Below, one piece after another: positions 1 to 13,774 of a DNA stretch of 64,000 nt. Every line of letters begins with the position of its first letter. Within the stretch, counting starts at the first letter, position 1. The notes beneath the pieces were generated by a model. The model worked only from the letters and a program-made list of their open reading frames with translations. It was not told the origin of the DNA and ran no database searches. The translations under genes were made by a program, and so were the position numbers. This DNA is from Vicugna vicugna (lineage: Eukaryota): the NCBI GenBank assembly GCA_013265495.1, contig MU058687.1:2358001-2422000 (forward strand). Reading direction: 5' to 3'.

Positions 1-3000
1 TCCCCACAGGGCACCCCAGAAAACCCCAAGAAAAGCCACACAGATGCCTTAGCACAGGTGTGCCTCACACTCAGATAGGGAACACTGTCAAATGTGTGTC
101 CCTACAAGGCAGATTTGGGGGAAACAAGTTAGCTCTCTTGGCCCTGCCATGCCAGGCCTCTTGAACTCTAACAGGGCTCTCATTTTGTTTTCTTCATAAT
201 TTTTAATTGCACAAGTCGAGCATGAATATTTTCCTTGTTGTAAAAGAGTCAGGGCCACAGAGCAAGGGAAATTTCCCCCGCTCACTGTCCCATCTCCATA
301 TGGCCAGTCTTCTGGGGCTTTTGACAATGCATCTGCATATCAGCTGAGTCACGTTTTGATGGCCATGGAGAGGCTGCCTCTTTTCATGGGTACCAACTCG
401 GATGAAGGTGGCCAAGAGCCCCCACGGTGCACTCTGTGAAGTCAGTCCTAGGTAAACTGGGGAGAAGGGTGGGTCCACCCTCCCAGGGCTGTCATCAAGT
501 TCATGGCACAGGGCCTAGCACGGAGGAACAGCCGGCCGCGGCAGCCGAGATTCCCACTACAGTGGGCCACGGGGAGCGTGCTTGCTTCTGCATTCCGACG
601 CGTCATCCGTGAGCACCTTCTAAATGCCAGCCTGATGCTAGGACAGACACACTGCCCTCTGCTCGTGGAAGTCACTGAGATGAGCCCATGCCATCCGCGA
701 TCACTGAAACTGCAAGCCAGGCTGCAGAAAGCCCAGGGCACCTGCCCTGCCCCTGGCCCAGCCTGGCTGTGGGGTGGGCCCTCCCGTCCCCACTCCTCTA
801 TTTCACTTTTGGAAGAGGCAGTCTGAGCTCCCCTGGGGTGATTCTCAGTTTGTTCATTCAATGAATATTTGTTTAAATTTCTTGTGACAATGTATTTATT
901 GAATTAATCGAGGGCACTAGGATTGGCCAGGTTTCCAGTTGAGATATTGTGGTGTCTAACCACCCAGCGGGCTCCCGGGTCAGACAGCTCCTTCCCTTCC
1001 CTTACAGCTCAGGGCCCTTGGGCAGGCAGCCTCAGTTTCTGCTTCACTTTGTGCCTGGGTCAGGAGAGATGCTGTCTTTTCTACCTCACATAAGGCTGTG
1101 AAAACAGAATTAAGTGCGTTCATATATGTAAAGCACTCATGTAAGTTGCCTAGCACTTAGTAAGCGCTAAATCAATATTTGCGATTATTACTTTCATTTT
1201 CACAGTATCGCTTAAGACATAGGATCACTCAGGCAGCAGATATATAGTTTGGTTTCTCTTACAGAGCAGGCTTTTTGTAATTACATACATTTCAATGAAA
1301 CAGTATAATTATTATGACTTAACAAGATTTAAGTTATTTTAGCTATTTTGGTTGTAGATAAGATTTATTAAATGAACCTTTAAAACAGTATGTAAGTGTG
1401 ATACAAATTCAAACAGTGCAAAAGAATTAAACAATAGAAACTAAGGTTCCCTAAAACCCCAGGCCGCTGTTCCCTGTAACTTTCCCAAAAGGAGCCATGA
1501 TACCAACTTCTCTCAGCAGATATTTCTGAGGCACTCTTACATCAGGCACTGTGCTAGCCTTGAGCACAGTGAATGAACACATCCTGGTCCCCATCAGGTT
1601 CGCAATCCGCAGTCTGGGAGGAGGCCCTTGACTCTCTAGATTTGAAAAGCACTGAAAGTAATTCTAAGTCTTCTGCCTCAGCCAGGGTCGAAAACTTCTA
1701 ATCTGATAGCCAGTCAGTATTATTGGATATTTGACAAACATGAGATATCTAAACCCATTTCAGTTACTGAAATAGCAGTGTTTTTCATCCCAGATTGGAA
1801 AGTAATCTTGGTAAGATGGCCACTATGTTGGACCCTTAGAGGTCAGTTTTTGAAAAACTGGCTTCTTAGGAGATAATTACATTTTCTTCTCTCCACATTC
1901 TTAAATGTGCTGGAGAGTTCTGGATCAAATTCTCTGAAAGCAGAGGCTGCTGTAGACTCAGGAACACTACCACGCCCTTGACAGAGGCCTGGGTGCCGAA
2001 CGTCCTCAGCAAGTCAAGAGCCCGCAGGAAGAATCTGTAAATAGTCTTAATGATTTTCTACCTTGAATAGGATAAAGATCTCTTCCTAGAAATCGAAAGG
2101 CAAACAGCAGCATTTAGACTCCTTTGTCTCCAGAAGAGTTACTCATTCGCCACCAGAAAAAGGTTCCTATCTGGAACAGGCGAAAGGGAACTCTAGGGCT
2201 GACGGATAGCTCTGGTTATTTTGTCAGCTCTTTGGCTTAGTGCTTTGGTTGAGTCGCTGGCAGACGTGGCCACAAAGCATAAGGCATTTACACTTTTCTG
2301 ACCTTTCCTAGGAACAACTTGCACACCGTGCACTTCAGCATTGAACAAGGGAGATGCTGTCCCCCGGCCCCTGCAGGGCTTATAATCAATGCCTAGGAGC
2401 ACCCATAAGTGTTCGTGACAGCTTTGTCTGCCTAGTTCTATGCTCTGTCGGTGCTGGGGGGTGTGGTGTCACTGGCCCAGAGTAGGTGAGCTCGGAGGTA
2501 AACAAAAAGGCACAGTCCTGAGGGGACAGAAATGCTCCCTGGCAAAGGAGATAAACTTCAACCTGAGTGAATTTACTAGTATCTAAATTTATATAAATTT
2601 ATGTAATTATATATATATATAAATTCATAAAAATTTACTGTATCTAAAGAAGAAAAAAAAGCCCATCGCAAGTGGATGGATCAGCCCTGGAGGCATAGAA
2701 AGAGAAGATAGACTTTCGGCAAAGGCCCCACCCTTAGGAGAGGAGTCCGCCTGGGGACAGCCTGTTAGGATTAAACTTCCAATGGGTCTGATTAGCATCT
2801 TTCTGATTATGATCTAAGACCTGTAGTTCTGCTTGGAGGGAACTTGCTGGTTAGGCAGAATGCTGGCTGGGCTGATCAGTTTCTCCTCATCCTTGAGTGT
2901 GTTGGCTTATACATCCGGTTTGTGAACTGGGGCAATGTGAGTCAGCCCCTGAGAGACGGTGCCCCTCTCTGTGGCTGGCACAGTCAGGCTTCTGGATCAT

Positions 3001-3439
3001 AGGGCAGAGTGCTAGCTTCTGGACCGTGATACTGACCCACAGTTATGAAAAGCTTTGTCGTGAAGGCTGCAGTGATGAGGGGTCCTTTTGGGGAGCCACC
3101 TGGGGGTCTTTGCCAAGGTGTAACCCCAAACCCTGACCCGATCACTCTGTCTCTCACTCTCAGCAACAACCCTGCCTCCTGATCCACTGGGAAACTGGAG
3201 GCCGTCAGATGGGAGCTCCCTCAGCTTGTTGCCCCCACGCCTGCCCACTCTCGCACATCTGCAGCATCTCTCACTCGTTGGCGGCACAGATCTTCACTGC
3301 TGCCACTCCTGCTGGAAGAGGCGTCCCACCCCGGGCTCAACTCTTCTCCGGCTTGGAATCCATCCCTTCTCCATCCCCAGAGAGCCTCCTTTCCTCACTA
3401 TCTCCTCTCTTTTATCTTCTCACTCTCCACTGTCTCCTT

Positions 3440-4110
3440 TCCACTGCATGTAAATACCGCTAGTATCTCCAGTATTCAAAAGAAAATCCCTCCAATCTCC
3501 AGCTTCCCGGATCACCCTTTCTCCTCCTCCTCTCAGTTCTTGACCCGCCTCACATGCCCAATGTCTTCTCCTGCCCATGGCTTCAGCTGCCTCTGGAATC
3601 AGGGCAAATCCCAGTTCAGCACTCCTGCCCTCGGCCGCTCCTCTGAGCTCCAGGGCCTTTAGCACCTAATGAACATTTCCACTTGGATGTCCCAGAAGCA
3701 CCCCAAATGCAACGAGTCTTTAACAGAAGCTCTGTCTGCTGTCTTTAAACATGTCTCCTTGTATCCCGATTTGGTGCCTGCAGTGTTTTCAAGCCAGAAA
3801 CCTGGGTCTCATTCTTTACTCTGCTTCCAGCTGACAGCTCCCACCCCCTTGCCAAACCAACATCCCCACAGCTGCATCCTGTTCATCCTCCCTTCTCCTT
3901 ATTTCCTGAGCTAACAGCTTCTCTACATGCCCCCTGGTTCAGTTCAGGCCACCACTGACCTCTGATTAGAGCACCTTTCAGACTGGTCTCCCCGCTGCCA
4001 GGCTCACCCCTTCCCATTCTGAACACACACCTGAATGTGTCACTCTTGTATCTTGCTTGTGGGTAAAATTGAAGCTCCGCCCTGACTGAGGATGTCCCCA
4101 GTGTGGGGAT
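3440..4110 (+). mobile_element. L2 LINE fragments
   Basis: Pyrimidine-rich L2-like motifs (catttccacttggatgtcc, aagccagaaacctggg). Boundaries approximate. Confidence 0.5.
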
Positions 4111-4959
4111 TGCCCCACATTGACCTTACCACCTCTTGCAGCCTGGAGGTCAGCCTGATGGCGCTAGTTTCCAGTTCCCAGAACTTGTCTCTACTTTCAA
4201 TTTCTAGACCTTGCACAACATCTTCTCTTTGCTCGTCCTCCCCCAACCTCCAGGTCCCTCTTGTGTCCATTTGGTCTCAAGGTCTCAAGTTAGCTGGCAC
4301 TTCAAGTTGGCAGAGGTATGGCCCCTCCTGGAAGCTCTCGTAAAGCTTCTCCAGGCCCAAAGATAACACTTGCATTATTTTTAGAAAAACTTTTGGTCAC
4401 GTTTTGGGAGGCAAGGTCTAGAAAATCTTTCACATGACTCTTTGGTAAAAGAGACCTTGCCTTCTCTAGGGTCACTGTGTGAGACGTTAGGTGCAGTATC
4501 TCAGAACACACTGTCAGTTACGTGAGATTTTATGAGTGTGCATGTACTGCTATTCCTCAAAATCCTGTTTTGAGCCCTGAGTACACTTCCTAGACCATCA
4601 GGATAGTTCTTTTTCAGTTGCGTCGATTTGCAGTCATGGTTCCCACAGCGCATCAGCACTGCACTGCTTTTGACTCTCAATGCCTGTCATTGTGAGCCAT
4701 CTTCCCAGGGATAACTAACTTTGTGTTACATGTCTTTCCCCCTTTGTTACTGGTTCAGTCAAATGACTAGCCTTGATTGGGGTCTTCTCAGGGCGATGGG
4801 TCTTCCCAGTGGCTGTTCAATGTGAAGTGACTGGCACGGCGCCTCTAACATGAGACCTCCCAGAGGCGCAAGTATTGAGCAACTTCCTCTTTTATAAAGG
4901 ACGAGGTCTGGGGGAGACTGCCTTCCATCGGAGCTTATGAAGCAATTGTTAAGTTCCTT

Positions 4960-5450
4960 GATGCAACTTTACTGAGTCCCAACCACTGTGCCGGGAGCTG
5001 AAGACAAAGCAAGGGGCCCTAGGCTGCGGGCTCGCATTCTAGGAGGTGAGGCAGACAAGGAATACGTTACTAAGTAAAGAAGCATCATGTCAGACCCAGA
5101 CGAGAGCTGTGAAAGAGAAAATCCAATGATGAGACCGCAGGTGATGAGAGAGGGGGTCTAATTCAGTCTGAGGATTTGGTAAGGCCACGCTAAAAAGGTG
5201 ACTTTTGAGGAAGGTGAAACACAGGAGGGAGTCCTGGGACCAGCATTCCAGGCAGAGGAAACAGCAGCCTTGTTTCAGGACCAGAAGGAGGGCCAGTGTG
5301 GCTGCTGTGAGTGAGTGGGGGCAGAGGGACGGGGATGGGGCTGAGAGGCTGACGAAGCCTCGGGTCGCGGTGAGTGCCGCGTTTGGATTCTCTTCTGGGT
5401 GCATGGAAGCCACTGACGCCACATGCTGCATGGCCCTGAGGAGTGGTGAG
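4960..5450 (-). mobile_element. L2 LINE 3' fragment
   Basis: cattccaggcagaggaaacagc...aggaggccagtgtggctg, typical antisense L2 3' end. Confidence 0.65.
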
Positions 5451-6439
5451 GAGGGTGAGACCACCTGGTACCCCTCCCTGTGTTCCCAGGGCACGTGGCC
5501 AACTTTGCAGGTGGCTGGGAGGGGAGGCCCCCTGAGCAGCTCCTTAAGATGAGGAGGAACAAGCAAGAAAGAGGCCCTGGCACTGAGCTTCCTCTGTTCA
5601 CTTGGGGCCCAGATGCAGGCGCGGAAGGAAACTACCGGCCGAGAGGGGACAGGGGAGGGGTGATTGATGGGTTACCCTGCCTTGGACCGCCTCCAGGCCT
5701 TTTGTCCTGGAGAATGAGGCAGGCAATCCTAGGGGACAGAGACTATGATGGGGTGCAGAGACAAAGCCAGGAGTACGTGGGAGCCGGGAGTGGGGTGCTG
5801 TCCAGGCCTGCCACTCACCAGCCAGCTGACCTTGAGCAGGGCCTGGAGTCCTCTGGCCTCAGTTTCCTCATCTGTACAAAAAGAGTCAATGAAACCCACA
5901 AAGCATTGCTGTCTGCAGGGCACTGGGGGAGTGAGAGGAAGAACAAATCACAGTTCCTCTTTCCAGAGGCACAGGCGGGGTGCAAGTCAGGTGAGACACA
6001 GAGCCGGACAGACCAGGGAGGGCTTCCCAGAGGAAGGGACATGTAAGCGGGGTGAAAAGTGAACATGCTTCGCAGAAAGAACAGCAGGAACAGCCCCACA
6101 GGAGTTGAGTGTGCTCTGCTCAGGAAGTGGGGCCAGTGGTAGGTGACGGGCTGGAACAGAGCATGGGACCGGATGTCAAAGGGCGCCACAGGCCGTGTTA
6201 AGGAAGAATGGAGCGTAATAATTCCCTCTCAGCTGTTTCACCTGGTTTAGAATCCCAACATTATAATTTCTTAGTTGTGTCAACTTGAGCAAGTTACTTA
6301 GTTTCTCTGGACCTTAATTTTCTTGTCAATAAGATGGGATTAATGGGGCTGATAAATAGTTCCAGCTCCTAGAATGTTCTTGCAGAAATTAAATGAGACA
6401 TGCATGTTAAGTGTTGAGCTTAGTGCCTGGCATATGATA

Positions 6440-6960
6440 ACCATTAAATAAATAGTAATTGTTATTTGTTATTTATGCTTGGCAACAGGAAGCCATTGAA
6501 GATTTTTGGGCAGACAATTAATCATATCTCCTTTTAGCAAGATAATCTCCCACTTCCAGACCATCTTCCCTATCATTGAAGTGGGAGAGTCTAGGGTCAG
6601 GCAGACCAGTTAGGTGATTTTAACAGTCCAGTTAAGAGATCTAATTAACAGTCCATTTCGAAGCATCCAAACCAGGGCAGCGGCAGAAGGGTTAAAAGGA
6701 GAGGTTAGGATTTTGAAAGTAGATTCAGTATAAAAAGAATAGTGACTGGATCATGAGACTGGCTCCTGGATTTCTAAGTTAGCCTACTAAGCGATGGTGA
6801 GGCCATTAGAGGGAAAGAAACCTAGAAAGAAGAATTTGGCTGGTGGAAGGGGTGCAGGCAAGGAAGAGGGGTTGGGATAATGGATGAAATCTGAGACATA
6901 CTGAGTTTGATCAGTTCACAGGCCTTACCCTGGACAGCTGGAAATACGAGGCTAAACCTA
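6440..6960 (-). mobile_element. L2 LINE fragment (preceded by a MIR at ~6270-6450)
   Basis: ggaagccattgaagattttt...ggacagctggaaatacgagg, antisense L2-like. Confidence 0.55.
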
Positions 6961-7001
6961 GTAGAATCCGAGAAGGATTTTCAGTCCAATGAGATCTAGG
7001 G

Positions 7002-7140
7002 CAGTGGTTCTCAAAATGTGGTCCCCAGACCACAGCACAAGCTTCACTAGGGAGCTGGTTAGACCTGCAAATTTCAGACCTGCAGACTCTGAGGTCCTGG
7101 CGGGTGGGGCCCAGCAATCTGATTTAATAGGTCCTCCAGG
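7002..7140. mobile_element. MER5A-type hAT-Charlie MITE
   Basis: cagtggttctcaaaatgtggtccccagacc...ggtggggcccagcaatctg matches the recalled MER5A consensus. Confidence 0.8.
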
Positions 7141-9500
7141 AAAGCCTGTTCCAGGGAAAGCTGCTCTGTTCTGGTTTCTTCCCACACACTTCCCCCCTGT
7201 TTGTTTTGGTTGGTTTTTACATTGAAGGCTTTTCACAAACATATCGGTAATCCTTGGTTGTCTTAGATGCAAACAGGGCTAAAAAGCATAGAAGGAGCTT
7301 TCCTTTGGCTTATCTTTATCTGCTGGTCTTTCCTCTGATGCTGTTTGTTTTTCCAGAAAAGAACACTATGAATTCCTATCTTCAGGTTGGTGGAGTGGGG
7401 GTGGAGGGTGGGTGTGAGGGGGTGGAGTGTACATCTGGCTGCTAGAATTCTGAGAGTGGGCTGGGGGAGTGAGGCTGGGCAGTCTCACTGTTCAGTGTGC
7501 AGGATTCAGTCATCCTCTTTTCAGCTTCTGCTTCCCTTCTGCCCTCTGCTGACCCTGGGGTCCCTAAGTCCCGACTTCACCTGCATATACTCTCCAGAGA
7601 TTAAGTTGGCTTCTCTTGTGCAGGATGCGGGGAGGTCCTTGGTGGCCACGTGGAGTGGCAGCTAAGTACTCCTTAAATACAGGTTTCCAGCAAATTCCCG
7701 CTTTCAGTCCCGTACCTCACTCCGTCTTCTGCTGTGTCTTCAGCGCCTGAGGCTTTTTGTGGTTCTGTAGTACAAACTGCTTATTTCATATCTGGAATCC
7801 CCTCTTTGGCTACTTTGGTTTGGACTTCCTGCATTCTTCTGTAACAGTTCCCACTCCTGCGCTGGCCTTTAGCAGGCTCTCGGGAAGGCATGCAGACATG
7901 TGTTCCATGTGCTTGATGAGCTAGAGGTCCATGGAGGCATTTAGCACAGGAAAGTTATTAACATCCCTCCAGGGACAGCGTGGAGGGTTGAGTGACCAGA
8001 AAGGGCAGTGGGGACGAGAGGAGGCAGGTACATTAGAGGTGAGGCAAGAGAAGATGGGCGTGGGAAATAGCTGTGGCAGAAGGGGATGGAGGCAGTAAAT
8101 GTCAGAGAAGTAAGATGAAGGACCTTAAAAGTAAAGGAGAGGGAAGAATCCAGAGTGCCACCTCAGTTTCTCACCTAGGTGGCAGCTGGCTTAGTGATGG
8201 CTTTGCTGAGGCAAGGACCACAGTAAGAGAGAGTCTGGGTAAGAACAGGTTCAGCTGGAGGACGTGTGAGGAACCCAAGGGAATTCCAGGTGGGAATATT
8301 CAGGAGGCAGGTGGGTATAGGGGTTTGAAGCACAGACAGTATATCTTGCTACCCGTCCTTGCTAGTTACGTGAGCTAAAGCCAGTGGCACAAATGAGATC
8401 ATCAGCTGGAGGGTAGGGAGGAGGGAAGGGTGGACAGTGGACCACACAGGGATGAAAGGGATAGTCTCTGAAGTGAGATAAATAAGGGAGTGAAACCAAG
8501 TGACTACCAGCCCAGCCCTATCACTTCAGAGCTGAAAAGGGTGGCCATTTGGGCTCTGATGTTAGCCCACAGCCTCTGAGCCCGTAAATTCCTCAAGAGC
8601 CCTGTTAGCTCTGCAGCCCCTATCCCTGAGCCCCAGGGAGAGGACTTCCCGCTTCCCTGCAGCTGTTCAAGGACAGCTGATGGGGACGCCCCTGGGCTTT
8701 CCTTCCTGGGGCAGAGGATCAAAGAGAGTTGGTGGTGGGGATTTCCCCTCCGCCTCGAGGTCACACTGAAACTGGGTCATTCCTGGCTTCCTCCCACAGC
8801 CACACGCAGCATCAGCTCCGAGGTCTCTCTATGGGACCCTGATCTTAATGTTCTTAAAAGGCAGAATGGGTGGCTAGCCTCAGGTCTGACACCTAGAAAT
8901 GACCTATCCCGGAGTCTTTTGGCTATATGAGCCCTGGAAGCTCTGTTTGGATGTAAAAATCAATCACTTTGATTGCTTGCTACCCAGTGCGTGCACTTCA
9001 CTAAGCCCTTTATGTGCTTTCTGTCACTGAGTCTACAGGACTTTATGAGATGGAAACATACTGTGCCCATTTTACAGATGTGGAAACTGGGGCCCAGAGA
9101 ATTTGGGTGACTTGCTTGAGGTGGAGTCTGTATATGTCTGTACTAGGCACACTCCCAGGTTAGAACTCTGAATTTGCGCTAGTGGTTGGCTGTGTCCCTG
9201 TCCTGTGAGAGCCCAGCCCCAACCCTGCCACTCTGCTGGTGAGAATGTGTGTGTATAAGTGTGTGTGTGCGCGCGCACGTGCACGTGCATGCGCGCATAC
9301 CACAGACACCCATTCCTGCTCCTGCGCTCTCCTAGACTGCCCTCCAGAGACCACAGGAATTCTGATGAATTAATCTCATCACTTTATCAAGGAGGCACTT
9401 ACAAAAATTACAAGGCAAGGCCACCAGCCTGGCTTTGCTGGCAGCCAGCCGCTGGGGCCATAAAACAAATTGAAAGGAACAAAAATAAATAAATAAAATT

Positions 9501-9503
<3 letters not shown>

Positions 9504-9561
<58 letters not shown>

Positions 9562-9562
9562 A
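9504..9562. repeat. Compound (TC)n(CA)n microsatellite
   Basis: Directly visible. Confidence 0.97.
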
Positions 9563-12544
9563 AAGGGTCAAGAACATCCCTAGATTCTTGTTAACGCTCG
9601 GTCTCTTGTCCTGGGAGAGCACCAACGCCAAGCCAACAGACAGTGACCCCTTGCTGGGGCGACAACCCTGCGAAACCTGGGATCCATCCTTCAAGGGATT
9701 GGCAGGCTGGCCGAGGGGCTGAGACCAGTGAGCGTGAAGGGTTAGCCGCATGCAAGTGGTATCTCAAGGCAGCCCAAATTCCCATGCCAGAAGGCCCCTG
9801 TGAGCTCATGGCCCAGTCATGCAGAGCAGAGCCGGACCACCTGGGTTCAAGTCCTTGCTCGGCCTGGTCCTAGACTCAGCTCCGCTTTCTTATCTGTAAG
9901 ATGGAGAGGAAGCTGTTCCCTCCAGGACTGCTGGGAAAATTAAAGATTCAGTACATGAGAAGTAGGACCACAGCTGTTAGCTCTCAGTGTGCACTGAGCA
10001 CCTGCCATGTGCCAGGCCCTGGGACTGCGGAGAGGAGCTGGTCTGGGAGCAGGAGACAGACAGTTGCAACACAGGTGATGGAGAGAAGGAGCACCTTCCC
10101 CAGGGGGAACTGGAGGTGTGGCAAGGAGGTAGAGGGAGCAGAGTGGGTTTATTCTAAGCAGCAAAAGCCTGGGAGCCCAGGAGGCAGCGCTGAGTTCCAG
10201 GAACTGATAATTATGCAGAAAATGGAGATGTTGAGGCTGGGGTGGGGGTGGGGTGGGGTGGGATAGGAACCAGGGCCAAATTCTCCAGAGCCTTCCAAGC
10301 CAGGATGGGCCTGGATGAATTCGTTGATGTATGGGGTTTCCTCTCTCTCTCTTTTTAATTTTACCACGCTTATGTGAATACTGAAATTATTTCCTGAGAA
10401 GTCACATGAGCCAGAGTGACCTGAGAAATGGTTAGAGTGAGATACTAGAGGCAGGGGCTCACAGACTGTTTATTCCTTCCCTTCCTCTTCCTTCCTTCTT
10501 ACAGCACAAAGGATGACCTCCAGCCCCCGTCCCTGCAGAAAGGTGCTGCTGGCTGGACTTCAGAGAGAGAGAGAGAGGGAGGGAGAGAGGGAGGGAGTTA
10601 TCTGTGAGGTACCCCAGGCAAATCGACCTCTGTGAGCCTCAGTTTTCTCACCAGCACAAAACGAGGATCAGAATACTCACTGAGCTGTCATGGGTACTCA
10701 GTACAATTAGGCACCGTGTAATTGGGGCTCCATAATTTCATTACTTCTAAGCACTTCATCAGTAGTGGAACCTGGTTCATGCTTGTTCTCAGAAAATCCA
10801 ATGGTAGGTGGTTTCCAAATGCCACCCGGGGAGGCTGAGGCTCAGGGACACCTGAGGACAGCCCCTCCTCCCCTTCCTCTAGACACCTCATTTGCTGGGT
10901 TAGCACAAGCTGTCCCCCAGCTCCTTGTGGGGGTGCAGGGGTGGCACAGGGGCTCTCTGTGGCCTTGGGTAGCTCACCTCAGCTCCTCGAATCTCGGTTT
11001 CTTGGTCTGTGAAATGGGGCACTGGTGAGTCCCAGAGGATTGGGAGAGCTGAGGCAGATCATGCACATAGTTGGTGCACAATAAAGGTGGCCATTATTAT
11101 TGCTAAGGTGGACGGGTGATGTGCGGAGATCCTGAGGACAGGCAAGCCTGAAGCTGCCCCTTCGAGCCTTGTCCCTGGGTTGGGAGTGGCCTTTCAGAGG
11201 CTGCTCTGTACCAGGCAGCGTCCTAGCTGGGTGAGCTGGGCCAAGGTGGGTAATCCGGGCAGGCAGCATGCTGGGCCGTCACGTCTCCCTGCCCCCTAAG
11301 GAGGTGGGGACCTGGGTCGGAGTGGGGATGGAAGGCTCGTACTAGTTCGGAGTCTGTTCTCGGAAAACCACAGATTCAGTCCCACCTCACTGACTGGGAT
11401 GGCGGCAGAGGAGACAAAATAAAAACAAGACAGCACTGTGTGGTCCACTGTCCTGCACTTGCATCTTCCTATTGCCTCCCCCTCCTCCAGCATCACCAAT
11501 TCTACTCCCTCTTCCCCTCCCATTGCCTTTCCTTTGGCCTCCAGGCATGTGATAGATGTGCAGTGCACATTTGCAACATGAGTTTAGGCAGCTAAGAATG
11601 CACAGGATTGAGGCCCCTACAGTAGACAGGCAGCTGGGGCCTGTCCCCACCACCCTGTCAGCCTTCTCAGGAAGAGACACCGAAAAAGGGCAGTGGCCTC
11701 CCCAGAGCATTTGAAGGTCAAGCTACATAAGACCCGTACAGTTACATTGCTTGTAACCAGTCTGTAACCTCAGGCTTCTCATCTGTAAAATGGGGACGGT
11801 AGTGTACCTACTTCATGGAATTGCTATGAGATTCAGTAGATTATCCATTCAGCAGGTTTGCCTTGCACGCCTCTGTGTGGCAGGGGCTGACCTCAGGGCG
11901 ACAGAGATTTTGTGGTGAACAGCACACACTCTTGCCCTCATGGTGCCCACAGCCCACTGTCGTCAGGTTCATGGAAGCTGTTATTATCACCCGTTTAAGG
12001 GGTGACATGGAAAACGAATCACATAGTCCCTCTGCAGCAATGAACCAGTTCGCACTGATAGGGCTTTACAATATTTAAAGCAGTTTTAAATACATGATCT
12101 TGCTTAATCCTTCATTTAGTAGATACCATGTTTTGAAGATGAGGAAACTGCTCAGTGGTAGTAAAGATTTTCTCAAGGTCAGCAAAGCTGGGTGGCCTGG
12201 GCCTCTGCTGTGGGATGTGGGAGGCAGGCCCTGGTCCCTGTGGGCTTAGAGCTGCCTATAGGCTTTTCCCATGAGCTGGGGCCCCAGCTGCAGGCAGAGG
12301 GCCCATGGGCCACACTGAGGTTCTGGTCAGCACTAGGACAAAATGCCAGCTCAGTGAAATTTGATGTCCCAGTTCAGTGATGGCTTCAAAACTGTGGCTG
12401 CCTGGCCCACCTTACCCTGGCACTGGACTCTATATGTGAGAGAGATGGAAACACTCTGACAAGTACCTCGGAGCACCTCGTACTTTGAGAACCACTGCCC
12501 TGTGGGAACCTCAGGGCTGGGGAAGTAGTCGTCCAGCTGGCTAG

Positions 12545-13387
<843 letters not shown>

Positions 13388-13392
13388 TAGAG

Positions 13393-13662
13393 CTGTGCCG
13401 TCCGACACGGCAGCACGAGCCACGCCTTCTAAGTGTAAGGCACACACGCGATTTTCAAGACATTTTAAGATGATAAAAAGGAGTATAAAATATTGTAATA
13501 ATACTTTTTTAAATGATTTCATGTTGAGATGATAGTATTCTGGATATGCTGGGTTAAACAAAATGCATTGTGACATTAATATCACAAGCTTCTTTTTACC
13601 GTCTTTAGTGTGGCTACTGGAACATTTAAAGTAACCTGTGGCTTCGTTATTAGGATAGCTCT
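13393..13662. mobile_element. MER33 hAT-Charlie element
   Basis: catgttgagatgatagtattctggatatgctgggttaaa...tgtggctactggaacatttaaa matches the recalled MER33 consensus. Confidence 0.8.
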
Positions 13663-13733
13663 CCGTCTCCATCACCTTCCCTGTGGATCTGCTCAGGGTG
13701 ATGACTTTTGTTCAGTATCATTTTTGGAGATGG

Positions 13734-13774
13734 GTGTGTGTGTGTGTGTGTGGGTGTGGGTGTGTGTGTGTGTG
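13734..13774. repeat. Interrupted (TG)n microsatellite
   Basis: Directly visible. Confidence 0.9.
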
